Notes under the pieces: model-generated
Databases searched by the model: none
The model's input: only the letters and a program-made list of their open reading frames with translations
What the model was told of the DNA's origin: nothing
In this document: piece by piece, positions 48,048 to 57,907 of the stretch
How positions within the stretch are numbered: position 1 is the stretch's first letter
Layout: each line of letters starts with the position of its first letter
Translations under genes and position numbers: made by a program
Source: Candidatus Krumholzibacteriota bacterium
GTDB lineage: Bacteria; Krumholzibacteriota; Krumholzibacteriia; Krumholzibacteriales; Krumholzibacteriaceae
DNA length: 64,000 nt
Direction: 5' to 3'
Assembly (NCBI GenBank): GCA_016932415.1
Contig: JAFGCX010000034.1
Span: 9,002 to 73,001 of the forward strand

Positions 48048-49197
48048 CGAACCGGGAAATAAAAGATCGAGAATATGCCTGATCGGACCAGCCCCGCCTT
48101 TCAGGGGCGGAATATCACACTATAACACATGCCTGGCAAGGGAACTTTCAAAAGATCACGATGTACGGATGATCAATTACGCAAGGCTGTATCCGGAATT
48201 CCTTTTTCCCGGAAAGACACAGTATGATGAGGGATCCGGAGCGCTCGCGGCCGAGTCAGAGCGGATGATAGATTCGATCAATCCACTGACCTGGGTGAGG
48301 ACCGGCTTTCATATTGCAGGACTGAGACCAGACGTGACGGTAGTTCAGTGGTGGCACCCTTACTTCGCGCCCGCCCTTGCCAAGATATGCGCGATAATCA
48401 GGATGATGCGCAGGGGGAAGATCGTCTTTGTCTGTCATAATGTACTTCCTCATGAGAGTTCTCCATTCGACCGGATCCTGTCGAGGCTTGCGTTTATCAG
48501 CGCAGATGGTTTCCTGGTCCAGTCCCGCGAGGATCTAGCCAACCTGTCCCTGGTGAAAAAAAATCCGAAAGCGGCATACAATCCGCATCCGATCTACGAT
48601 TTTTTCAGGACAGAAACAATCGATAAATCGGCAGCGAGGGAGCTGGCGGGGCAGGGCGCGGGACCGCTTATTCTTTTTTTCGGTTATATCCGCTCATACA
48701 AGGGGCTTGAGCATCTGCTCCGGGCGATGCCTGATATACACCGCGCGACGGGAGCGAGATTGCTTGTCGTCGGGGAATTCTATGAGGACAGTGCTCCCTA
48801 TTTTGATCTTGTTTCGAGACTGGGAGTCGCCGATCAGGTGGAATTTGTCGATCGTTATGTCGGAAACGACGAAGTGGGCAGATATTTTATCGCTTCCGAC
48901 CTTGTCGTGTTGCCGTATAATACGGCGACGCAGAGCGGCATAGCCCAGATATCAATCGCGTTCGACCGGCCGATGGTCGTCACATCTGTCGGAGGTCTTC
49001 CCGAGGTTGTTTCCGAAGGAAAGACCGGATTTATCGTTCCTCCGGGAGATCCCGGAGCGATATCAAGGGCTGTGATCCGGTTTTTCAAGGAAGGGTGGGG
49101 AGAGAGGATGGCTCCGAATTTTGAGAAGGAGAAAGAACGGTTTTCGTGGAAAAAGATGGTATCTGTGCTGGAAGGGCTGATCGATGATCTTCGATAG
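48040..49197 (+). CDS. Glycosyltransferase family 4
   Basis: GT-B fold; C-terminal domain motif VVTSVGGLPEVVSEGKTGFIVPPGD. Confidence 0.8.
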   Translation: MIDEPGNKRSRICLIGPAPPFRGGISHYNTCLARELSKDHDVRMINYARLYPEFLFPGKTQYDEGSGALAAESERMIDSINPLTWVRTGFHIAGLRPDVTVVQWWHPYFAPALAKICAIIRMMRRGKIVFVCHNVLPHESSPFDRILSRLAFISADGFLVQSREDLANLSLVKKNPKAAYNPHPIYDFFRTETIDKSAARELAGQGAGPLILFFGYIRSYKGLEHLLRAMPDIHRATGARLLVVGEFYEDSAPYFDLVSRLGVADQVEFVDRYVGNDEVGRYFIASDLVVLPYNTATQSGIAQISIAFDRPMVVTSVGGLPEVVSEGKTGFIVPPGDPGAISRAVIRFFKEGWGERMAPNFEKEKERFSWKKMVSVLEGLIDDLR

Positions 49198-49212
49198 AAA
49201 AGGACGACCGGT

Positions 49213-50097
49213 TTGAAAGATCAGATTCTTGACGTGATCATACTTAACTGGAACGGCGAGGACGTGATCGGCCAGTGTCTCGAATCGCTTGAAAAGGTGA
49301 AATCTCCACCTCTGAGGATAACTGTCGTCGATAACGCCTCGACTGACTCCTCGGTCGAAATGATCAGGGAGAGGTTTCCCGAAATCGAACTTCTGATCAA
49401 CGACAGCAACCTTCTTTTCGCCGAGGGGAACAATGTAGGGATCAGAAAGGCGATGGAGAGGGGTGGACAGTACATTCTCCTGCTGAACAACGATACGGAA
49501 GTCGATCCCGATTTCGCGCGGAGGATGATGGAAGCTGCCACCGTTCCCGGCATAGGGATCGTGGGACCGAAGATATATTTTTTTGATGACAGCGATCGGA
49601 TCTGGTATGGAGGCGGTGAATTCTTTCCCGGAATCTGGATACCAAAGCACAAGGACCTGAGGAAAAGGGACAGTGATTCAGATGGCAGGAGCGTTGAGAC
49701 CGGGTGGGTGACAGGGTGCGCGATGCTTGTCAGGAGAGAAGTGTTCGAGGATATAGGGCTTCTGGACAGGTCGTACAGGATCTATTGCGAGGATATTGAT
49801 TTTTGCCTGAGAGCAAAAAAGGCCGGATGGAAGTGTTATTATGAAGAGTCAGCCAGAGTATGGCATAAGGTCAGTTCAAGCAGCGGAGGAGGAATGACTC
49901 CCTTCAAGCTGGAAAACCGTATTGCCAGTACTAACAGGCTTTTTATCAGGTTCAGGTCGCTCTGCTGGCGCCTTTTCTTTTTTCCGGCGCATCTGCTTAT
50001 ATTCCTGTCGGTTCTGGGAGTACTGCTTGTCACTGGCAGATGGGCGCTTCTCAGGGGGGCCCTCAGGGGCGCGATGAGAGTGGTATCTTTCGATTGA
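49213..50097 (+). CDS. Glycosyltransferase family 2 (WbbL/rhamnosyltransferase-like)
   Basis: DVIILNWNG, VVDNASTD, LLLNNDTEV motifs. Confidence 0.8.
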   Translation: MKDQILDVIILNWNGEDVIGQCLESLEKVKSPPLRITVVDNASTDSSVEMIRERFPEIELLINDSNLLFAEGNNVGIRKAMERGGQYILLLNNDTEVDPDFARRMMEAATVPGIGIVGPKIYFFDDSDRIWYGGGEFFPGIWIPKHKDLRKRDSDSDGRSVETGWVTGCAMLVRREVFEDIGLLDRSYRIYCEDIDFCLRAKKAGWKCYYEESARVWHKVSSSSGGGMTPFKLENRIASTNRLFIRFRSLCWRLFFFPAHLLIFLSVLGVLLVTGRWALLRGALRGAMRVVSFD

Positions 50098-50317
50098 TTC
50101 CGTTGCTTCGGGGACGCGGCCCGCCATGCGTATCTCTTCCTGAATCCGCAAATCATCCGTTCTCCGTGACCGGTTCCGGAACGATCGGTGTCCCGATCCC
50201 GCCACGCCACGCGGGAGAACCGGCAGGTAAAGATGATAGATTTTGAAGGTTTACTAGGATAGTGGAAAATGTTATTATTATTGAAATTGTAAAATATAAC
50301 CTTTGAGGAGGCTGTAT

Positions 50318-52789
50318 TTGTCAAAAAATATCAGATCTGGCGATCAGAAGCGGCGCGAGTTTGATCCGGATCAGTTTCTCGATAATGCTGCCGGTTGGCG
50401 AAGGGGTATTCTGGTCGCGCTATTTCTTGTCGTTGTGCTGGCGATCGTCATGCCGGAATTGATCTTTCATGGGGATATTTTTCTTGTTCCCGACACAAAG
50501 GCTCCGATCAGTTTCAGCGAAGTCGGCAGGGAATATCTTGAATCGGGAAAATATCCTTTGTGGAACCCGTATATATTCTGCGGAATGCCGAGTTATCCCA
50601 GCCTGTCGTATACTCCGTATGTCTATCCGATCGCCTATGTGACTTATATTCTTCAAAGATATCTCGGATTCCCCGAGATGACATGGCTGCTGGTCCATTA
50701 CATCCTGGCAGGAATGGGAATATATCTTCTTCTCCGTTCCTTTGGGGTGAGGAGTTCGATCTCGATGCTGGCAGGTGGCCTTTTCATGATCATGCCTAAT
50801 CTTGTCGCGAACGGAGCTAACGGGCATGGTTCCCAGGCGTGCGCGGTCGCATATATGCCCTACGTATTTCTGTTCTGCAGGAATATATTGACCGGCAGAG
50901 GAAGGGTCGTAAACACTGCCTTTCTCGCCATTGCCCTTGGTTTTCAGATGCTGAGGGGGCATGTTCAGATATCGTATTATACATATCTCATCACAGGCCT
51001 TCTTTTTATTATGGAGACGATCCGCCTTGCCCGGACGGGAAAGGGGAAAGAGATCGCGGTGAACTCTGGATTCATTTTCGCGGCGGTCATTCTTTCGGCA
51101 GGTATAGCGGCAGTGCTGATCTTTCCGGTGAGGGAATATGCCGATTATTCGATACGAGGCGGAACAGGCGGGGGGCTGGACTATGATTACGCCACCGGGT
51201 GGAGCCTTCCTCCGAAGGAATTGCTTACCCTAATCTTTCCGTGGGCGTCAGGTTTCGGAAAAATGACATACTGGGGCGGGATGCCTTTTACCGATTATCC
51301 GAATTATCTCGGGATTGTCACTGCGGTCTTTTCGGTTATCGGTTTTTTTATCGTACGCAGCAGATGGAAGTGGTATCTGGCCGTGATCATCATAGTGGCG
51401 ACTTTTGTCAGTTTTGGCAGGTTTATGCCGGTCCTGTACGACCCGCTCTTCAGGCTTCTGCCCTTTTTCAATAAATTCCGTGTCCCGGTGATGATCCTGA
51501 TTGTACAGCAACTGGCCGTTACAGTCCTTATGGGACTGGCTATAGAGGAATATCTTCAGCTGGTTGCCAGGGACGAGCTGCCAGCGATCCTTAAAAAAGA
51601 AAGTTTAAAATGGGGCCTTCTCGCGGCGGTCGCCCTCTTTCTCCTCGTCATCGCCGCTTCAGGCAGCATAAAACAGGATCTCGCGGCAAGCGAGGCGATA
51701 AGAAGCAGGGTCCGTCCAGAGTGGATAATGATGGCAGTCTCAGCCTATTCGTCTGATCTGGTGAGAACTTTATTTTTTCTCGTCGCGACCATAGCCACTC
51801 TCTTTTTCGTATCCTGGAAGAGGCCGAAGGGCTCTCTTGCCATCATCATCCTTTCAGTCCTGTTGCTTTTTGATATTATTTCCGTGGACCGATCGATCGT
51901 GCATCCGGAAAGTACGTGGAACAACAGCGGGTACAGGATCGTCAGACCGGTAACGGCGAGGGAAAGGTACAAGGAACCCGGTGTCATGGCGAAATATCTA
52001 GCCGCGGACACCACTTTTTTCAGGGTCTTTCCCGTTCCCGCTTCAAGGCCTGGAAGCTGGAACCACAGCACTTTCCCTTTCAGCGACAATAGCTATATGA
52101 TGTCGGGGATATTCTCCATGGGGGGATATCACGCAGCCAAGCTCAAAAACTACCAGGATGTGATGGATCTTCTTTTCGCTACATTCAACAGGGGCGTCGT
52201 TCCGAAACAGATATTGAATATGCTCGGAGCGAAGTATTTTCTGTCGATGCATCCGGTCTTCCCGGAAGGATCGGAATATCCTCTGATCTATCAGAAAGAT
52301 AAAAACTACATCTACAGAAATCCAGAGGCTCTTCCCAGGGTCTATTTCGTCGACAGGATCAAGTTGATGACAAAAGAAGACGCGCTCCTTTCGCTGACGT
52401 CGAATGCATTTGATCCCTCACGCGAAGTGATCCTGCAGGCGATGCCCGATGGAGAGATAGATTCAGCCGGAGGAAGCAGAGCCGAGATCACGGCGTATGA
52501 TCTTAACACGATCAATATAGAGGCTCATGTCGAAAAGTCATGTATAATGGTCGTCAGCGAGGTAGACTATCCCGACTGGAAAGTCACCATTGACGGCAGA
52601 GAAGGCGATATCCTGACGGCGAATTACTGTTTAAGAGCGATAGAGCTTCAGCCGGGAGAACATCGGATCGAATTCACATTTGAATCCCCGGTCCTGAACA
52701 GATCACTGATGCTTTCGATAATCTCCATCGCGATAGCTCTGTCAACCGTTATCATCTCATTTCTCGTCACTGGCAGAAAGGGGGATTGA
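50318..52789 (+). CDS. YfhO-family GT-C membrane glycosyltransferase
   Basis: About 825 aa polytopic membrane protein with YfhO-like N-terminal motif GKYPLWNPYIFCGMPS and large C-terminal extracytoplasmic domain; TTG 50318 six nt after GAGGAGG is preferred over the track start 50303, which overlaps that RBS. Confidence 0.7.
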   Translation: MSKNIRSGDQKRREFDPDQFLDNAAGWRRGILVALFLVVVLAIVMPELIFHGDIFLVPDTKAPISFSEVGREYLESGKYPLWNPYIFCGMPSYPSLSYTPYVYPIAYVTYILQRYLGFPEMTWLLVHYILAGMGIYLLLRSFGVRSSISMLAGGLFMIMPNLVANGANGHGSQACAVAYMPYVFLFCRNILTGRGRVVNTAFLAIALGFQMLRGHVQISYYTYLITGLLFIMETIRLARTGKGKEIAVNSGFIFAAVILSAGIAAVLIFPVREYADYSIRGGTGGGLDYDYATGWSLPPKELLTLIFPWASGFGKMTYWGGMPFTDYPNYLGIVTAVFSVIGFFIVRSRWKWYLAVIIIVATFVSFGRFMPVLYDPLFRLLPFFNKFRVPVMILIVQQLAVTVLMGLAIEEYLQLVARDELPAILKKESLKWGLLAAVALFLLVIAASGSIKQDLAASEAIRSRVRPEWIMMAVSAYSSDLVRTLFFLVATIATLFFVSWKRPKGSLAIIILSVLLLFDIISVDRSIVHPESTWNNSGYRIVRPVTARERYKEPGVMAKYLAADTTFFRVFPVPASRPGSWNHSTFPFSDNSYMMSGIFSMGGYHAAKLKNYQDVMDLLFATFNRGVVPKQILNMLGAKYFLSMHPVFPEGSEYPLIYQKDKNYIYRNPEALPRVYFVDRIKLMTKEDALLSLTSNAFDPSREVILQAMPDGEIDSAGGSRAEITAYDLNTINIEAHVEKSCIMVVSEVDYPDWKVTIDGREGDILTANYCLRAIELQPGEHRIEFTFESPVLNRSLMLSIISIAIALSTVIISFLVTGRKGD

Positions 52790-52790
52790 G

Positions 52791-53507
52791 TTGAAGGCTC
52801 TGGTCGTGATTCCAACATATAACGAGAACGAGAATATCAGAAATATAATCAAAGCCGTTCTGAGTCAGGATGAGGGGGTGGATATTCTCGTCATAGACGA
52901 TAATTCTCCGGATGGTACCGGAGCTATCGTTGATGAACTAATCGTATCGGAACCGAGGATCCATGTCATCCACCGGAAGGGGAAGCTTGGGCTGGGGTCT
53001 GCGTATATAGCCGGATTCAAATGGGCGCTGGCCAATACTGACGCGAAATATATTTTCGAGATGGACGCGGATTTTTCCCATGATCCTGGCGACATAAAAT
53101 TTTTTCTCGAGGCGATCAAGGATAACGATCTCGTCATTGGATCGAGATATCTCAATGGGATCCGGGTCGTAAACTGGCCGCTCAGCAGATTGATCCTCAG
53201 CACCGGAGCGAATATATATACCGGAATCGTTACCGGGCTTCCCCTGAAAGATTCAACCGGCGGGTTCAAATGTTTCCGTCGCGAGACACTGGCCGGCCTT
53301 CCTCTTGATACGATCAGGAGTGACGGCTACTCTTTTCAGATAGAGATGAATTTCTTCTGCTGGAAAAAAGGTTTCAGGATAAGGGAAATACCAATAATAT
53401 TTTCCGACAGGAGAGTCGGCGTTTCGAAGATGTCAAAAAAGATAATATGGGAAGCGGCGTTCATGGTCTGGCGCCTGAGGTTCATGTCCCCGCGGCGATG
53501 GAAGTAA
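52791..53507 (+). CDS. Polyprenol-phosphate mannose synthase-like GT2 (Ppm1/DPM1-like, soluble catalytic domain)
   Basis: VVIPTYNENENI, IDDNSPDGT, EMDADFSHDP (DAD) motifs; 238 aa with no C-terminal TM; TTG start. Confidence 0.8.
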   Translation: MKALVVIPTYNENENIRNIIKAVLSQDEGVDILVIDDNSPDGTGAIVDELIVSEPRIHVIHRKGKLGLGSAYIAGFKWALANTDAKYIFEMDADFSHDPGDIKFFLEAIKDNDLVIGSRYLNGIRVVNWPLSRLILSTGANIYTGIVTGLPLKDSTGGFKCFRRETLAGLPLDTIRSDGYSFQIEMNFFCWKKGFRIREIPIIFSDRRVGVSKMSKKIIWEAAFMVWRLRFMSPRRWK

Positions 53508-55583
53508 ATGGATCTTTCAATAATAATCATTACGCACAACAGCCTTGTCCCGGTCGAAAAGTGTCTGGAATCCCTCGAGGCCTGCCCTCCCTCGGGCAGC
53601 TACGAGACGATCGTCATCGATAACGCCAGCAGTGACGGTTGCGCCGACATGATAGAGGAGTCGTTTCCCAGATGCATGGTGATCAGAAACGAGGAGAACA
53701 GGGGATACTCCCGCGGGGTCAATCAGGGGATCGATCTTTCGATTTCGGAATTGATACTCATACTCAATCCCGATATCGAGGTGAGAGACGGTTCCATCGA
53801 CAGGCTCGCCCGGTTCATGAACGATAATCGATCGGCAGGTATGGCTGGATCGAAGCTCCTCTATCCCGATGGACGGCTACAATATTCCTGCCGGGCTTTT
53901 TACACAATAAAGGCGCTTTTTTTAAGGCGGACGTTCCTTGGAAGGATCTTTCCGAAGGCGCGCGCTTTGAGAGAACATCTGATGATCGACTATGATCATG
54001 AGCAGGCGCGCAAAGTCGACTGGCTCATAGGCGCCTGTCTGATGGTCAGGCGGGAAGCGATAGAAAAGGTCGGCAAGATGGATGAAAGGTTTTTTCTCTA
54101 TTTTGAAGATACCGACTGGTGCTACCGGATGAATCAGCACGGATGGGATGTCTATTACATTCCCGATTCGGTGATGACGCACCGGTACGAAAGATCAAGC
54201 GCGAGGTCGGTATTTAAAAAGCCTTTTCTCATGCATCTTCTCAGTCTTCTGCGATATTACGAGAAATGGAATAAAATATTCTACTTTTTCAGGCGGCACC
54301 GGGGCGCCCTGAAATCAATCATATTCGCCGCGTCCGACCTTGTCGCGGCGAACGCGGGATTCTTCATAGCGTATTATCTGCGTGGTCTGTTCCAGTCCCT
54401 GTTTACAAACAGCCTGTATCCTCTCGACTGGTACGCTTTCTTTATCTACTTCTATAATTTTATCTTCTTTTTCACATTCCTCTTCGGCGGTCTCTACCAG
54501 ATCAGGAGGGAGACCGGGGCGGCCCTGGAGTTCTCGAGAGTCGCCAGGTCGGTCTTCGCCTCTTTCGCGATCCTGCTGGGAGCGACATATCTTACCCGGA
54601 TAAGGATATATTCCCGGGCTGTCCTTGGAGGACAGGCGCTGTTGAGCCTTATTCTCGTCTTTGGTTTCAGGAGGATCATCCGGCTTGTTCACAACCAGCT
54701 TGTCAGAGCCTCTTTTGACCTTAAAAGGGTCATCCTGGCAGGTGACGAGGATGAGGTAGAACGGTTCAGGGGACTTGTGCAGGCTGATCCGCATCTGGGA
54801 ATCGATGTCGTCGGAGATATTTCCGGTGGACCGGGATCTATCGGAAAGATGGAAGATCTCGAGAGTATAATCGACAGGTTCAAGATACAGGAGGTGCTGA
54901 TACTTCCATCGTATGTCGAGAGGGGCCTGATCTTTCCGTTCCTTTGCATTCATGGTACGCGGATGCTTGAGATAAGAATAGTGTCACCGGTCGCCAGATT
55001 CATGGGCAGGGAGGTCAGGGTCCAGAAGATCGGTGATAGTTATATGTTTTCCATCGAAAGAGGGACCCAGTTTCTACTTCTGAGATTATTGCAGCGTTTG
55101 TCCGATATCGTCACTGGCGCTGTTTTTCTCCCCCTGTCGGCAGTCTGTCTCTTTTTTTTCAGGATATCCGGAACGGCAGGTCGAAAAGCGTCGGTCTTTT
55201 CGGAAAAAAGGACAGGGTACAGGGAAAAGACAATAGACTGGCCGAGAATCATGACTCGATCAGGCAGGGAGGGATCGGACATGATCAAACCGGCACTCTG
55301 GGCCGATCTGCTGTTCGGGAGACTGGCTCTCGTGGGACCGCCACCTTCACCGGTATCTGATGACGGTGGTCACGCCGGCCCTGACGGAGGAATGAGGCCG
55401 GGGATAAGCGGAAGATGGAGGATCTCTCCCGAAGCTGACTGGAAAAAATCTTTCGAAAACGAGGTAATCGAAACTAGGACACGTTCAATCACTGATTATC
55501 TGGAGATACTTTTCAGGTCTGTCGGCATGTTTTTTTCAGGCAGATATCCGGAATGGTATTTTAACAAGGGGGATAACCCGTGA
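53508..55583 (+). CDS. Fusion protein: N-terminal GT2 glycosyltransferase + C-terminal membrane domain resembling polyprenyl-phosphate sugar phosphotransferase (WbaP/EpsB-like, divergent)
   Basis: N-terminal IIIITHNS, IDNASSDG, DxD-type GT2 about 260 aa; then 4-5 TM helices, a linker, and a Bac_transf-like C-terminus (PALWADLLFGRLALVGPPPSP, compare consensus LPQLxNVLKGDMSLVGPRP) in which the usual DE dyad and KFRTM motif are not recognisable. Confidence 0.6.
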   Translation: MDLSIIIITHNSLVPVEKCLESLEACPPSGSYETIVIDNASSDGCADMIEESFPRCMVIRNEENRGYSRGVNQGIDLSISELILILNPDIEVRDGSIDRLARFMNDNRSAGMAGSKLLYPDGRLQYSCRAFYTIKALFLRRTFLGRIFPKARALREHLMIDYDHEQARKVDWLIGACLMVRREAIEKVGKMDERFFLYFEDTDWCYRMNQHGWDVYYIPDSVMTHRYERSSARSVFKKPFLMHLLSLLRYYEKWNKIFYFFRRHRGALKSIIFAASDLVAANAGFFIAYYLRGLFQSLFTNSLYPLDWYAFFIYFYNFIFFFTFLFGGLYQIRRETGAALEFSRVARSVFASFAILLGATYLTRIRIYSRAVLGGQALLSLILVFGFRRIIRLVHNQLVRASFDLKRVILAGDEDEVERFRGLVQADPHLGIDVVGDISGGPGSIGKMEDLESIIDRFKIQEVLILPSYVERGLIFPFLCIHGTRMLEIRIVSPVARFMGREVRVQKIGDSYMFSIERGTQFLLLRLLQRLSDIVTGAVFLPLSAVCLFFFRISGTAGRKASVFSEKRTGYREKTIDWPRIMTRSGREGSDMIKPALWADLLFGRLALVGPPPSPVSDDGGHAGPDGGMRPGISGRWRISPEADWKKSFENEVIETRTRSITDYLEILFRSVGMFFSGRYPEWYFNKGDNP

Positions 55584-57907
55584 GACGGCTCTGTTCATTT
55601 TTCATCCTGATGTCGATACTGTCCACCGGCCAGGCAACGGCAGATCCAGGGGACTGGAATCTATTTCTCGATGCCAGCGCCGTAAACAGGATCACCTGTC
55701 TCGGCGACAGTCTCTGGTGCGGAACCAACGGAGGAATCCTGCTTTTCGACCTCACTGATTCGACTATGACACAGTTCTATTCCGGGCTGGGATTGAGATC
55801 GAATGAGGTGTCGGCTGTCGCGCTTGATCCAGAAGGCGTCCTCTGGGCGGCATTCAGGGGGGAGGGCCTGGTAAGGATCGAAAATATAGCGACAAACCCG
55901 GTAGTGAGCCATTACAACGAAAAATCGACACTCATCCTCAGCGACAGTATCAATTGCCTTCTCTCTGTCGATGAGGATGTATATTACGGCTCTGACAATG
56001 GAATAGCCAAATTTTTCGACAAGAGCCATTCCCTGGAACCGAATCTGTCCGATAACCTTGCTGGAAAAAGGATAAACGACCTGCTTCTTGACGATGAAAA
56101 CCGGTTGTGGGTCGCTCATGAAGATGGCGTGGCAAGCTTTGGCCGCGACACGTTCATTTTTACTGACTATCCCATAGGCACAGCGTTTTCGATCACTTTG
56201 CATGAAGGGATGATATATGCCGCAACCTCGACAGGGATAGCGAGATTGAACGGCGAGTCATGGGAGCAGTACGGGACGACTTTTCATAATGGTCTTCTCC
56301 CGGTAAGTATAGCTTCAGGTGGAGGCGAGATATACGCGGCGACCGAGGAGAGAGCGTACAGGCATAACGGGTCATACTGGGAGAGTATCGCCACCGCGCA
56401 GATGAAGGCTATGTTTCTCGACAATTACAGGATCGGTCAGTATCATCTCCGCTCTGTCGCGGTCGACGGGAGAGGTGACCCCTGGATCGGGGGAAGACTC
56501 CCGAGCGGTTCGTCGAGGGGAAGTTATATCTCCGGATTCAATGGCGAAGAATGGGTCAACAGAGCCCTGCCGACATTGAGTCAGAATGACGTCATTGCTA
56601 TCGGAATCGCCCCCGGAGGAGCGGTATGGTCGAGCACTCTCTACGGGATCAACTACAGATCCGGTACCGGTGACTGGATCAGGTATTCAAAGATAAGATC
56701 GGACACGGGAAATGATGACGCTCTTTCATATTTTGCCTACAACCTGGCGCTGCTTCATGATTCCGGTAATATCCTGTGGTGCAATTCTCTCAATTACGAC
56801 CTCGATATGATCGACCTGGGAAATATCTTCGATAAGGATGATGATATCTGGCGGCATTTCGCGATAGAGGATGGCAATACGATCACGACTGACAGGTTTG
56901 TAAAGGCAAAGGAAGACCCGGCCGGGAACAGGTGGTTTCTTTCCGATGACGATTATTACGAATCGAGCGGGATATGGGGAATAAATATCACCGACCAGTC
57001 AGCGGATCAGTGGTTCGCCGTAAATCCCCTTCTCAATCCTTCGATGAAAGGCGGCAATATCTTCGACTGCGTCTTCGATCAATTCGGAGTATATCTGGCC
57101 ATAAAGGGATTTGGAGTCCAGTACTGGAGAACGGGCGGGTTCAGCTGGAGTACACTTACTTCGGAGACCGGTGATATATGGCTCACGCTGATGGATGAAT
57201 CGAACCTTGTCAGTACGGAGATAGAAGCTATAGAGGTTGGAAGCGACGGAACGGTATGGGTCGGGACGGGAGGCGGCCTGGTCAGGTATCGCCAGGGTGA
57301 AATAGAGGTGTATACTGAAAAGGGAGAAGAGACCAATTACGGATTGATCGGACTTTCCGTGAGCGATCTCGAATTCGACAGTTTCGGAAATCTCTGGGTC
57401 GCGACAGACAAGGGACTGAACAGGATCGATGCCGACGGGATCATAGACGCGGCGTTTACTACCGCTACTTTCTGGGAGAACAATATACAGGCATTCTATT
57501 CAGAGTCGGTCATATCACCCCTTCCGAGTCATGTATGCCAGGTGCTGGCGTGTGATGCCGATGAGGATCTTCTCTGGATAGGGACCGACAGGGGCCTTGC
57601 ATCTTTCGACGTGAGGCCACTGGTACAGGTTTCGATCCCACTGTCTCGCGCTATACTCTACCCCAACCCGATACATATCGGCCGGGGTGATTCATCCCTT
57701 AAGATCTCACGCATCTCGGGAATCGTCGATATAAGCGTCTATAATCTGGAAGGAGAACTGGTGCATGAGATAGAGGGTGTCGCCGAGGGAGAGGATGCCT
57801 GGGATCTGCTTACGATAAACGGGTTCACTGCCCAATCCGGGATCTATATAGTAAGAATATCCGGAAGTTCCGGCATAGAGACAAGAAAGGTTGCGATTAT
57901 CAGGTGA
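55580..57907 (+). CDS. Secreted beta-propeller repeat protein with T9SS C-terminal sorting domain
   Basis: Signal peptide; many W/Y-rich sensor-propeller-like repeats (WVGT..GL..Y; LW.GTD.GL); C-terminus ILYPNPIHIG...ISVYNLEGELVHEIEG...AQSGIYIVRISGSSGIETRKVAIIR matches the T9SS type-A CTD pattern; GTG start overlapping the upstream stop. Confidence 0.7.
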   Translation: MRRLCSFFILMSILSTGQATADPGDWNLFLDASAVNRITCLGDSLWCGTNGGILLFDLTDSTMTQFYSGLGLRSNEVSAVALDPEGVLWAAFRGEGLVRIENIATNPVVSHYNEKSTLILSDSINCLLSVDEDVYYGSDNGIAKFFDKSHSLEPNLSDNLAGKRINDLLLDDENRLWVAHEDGVASFGRDTFIFTDYPIGTAFSITLHEGMIYAATSTGIARLNGESWEQYGTTFHNGLLPVSIASGGGEIYAATEERAYRHNGSYWESIATAQMKAMFLDNYRIGQYHLRSVAVDGRGDPWIGGRLPSGSSRGSYISGFNGEEWVNRALPTLSQNDVIAIGIAPGGAVWSSTLYGINYRSGTGDWIRYSKIRSDTGNDDALSYFAYNLALLHDSGNILWCNSLNYDLDMIDLGNIFDKDDDIWRHFAIEDGNTITTDRFVKAKEDPAGNRWFLSDDDYYESSGIWGINITDQSADQWFAVNPLLNPSMKGGNIFDCVFDQFGVYLAIKGFGVQYWRTGGFSWSTLTSETGDIWLTLMDESNLVSTEIEAIEVGSDGTVWVGTGGGLVRYRQGEIEVYTEKGEETNYGLIGLSVSDLEFDSFGNLWVATDKGLNRIDADGIIDAAFTTATFWENNIQAFYSESVISPLPSHVCQVLACDADEDLLWIGTDRGLASFDVRPLVQVSIPLSRAILYPNPIHIGRGDSSLKISRISGIVDISVYNLEGELVHEIEGVAEGEDAWDLLTINGFTAQSGIYIVRISGSSGIETRKVAIIR

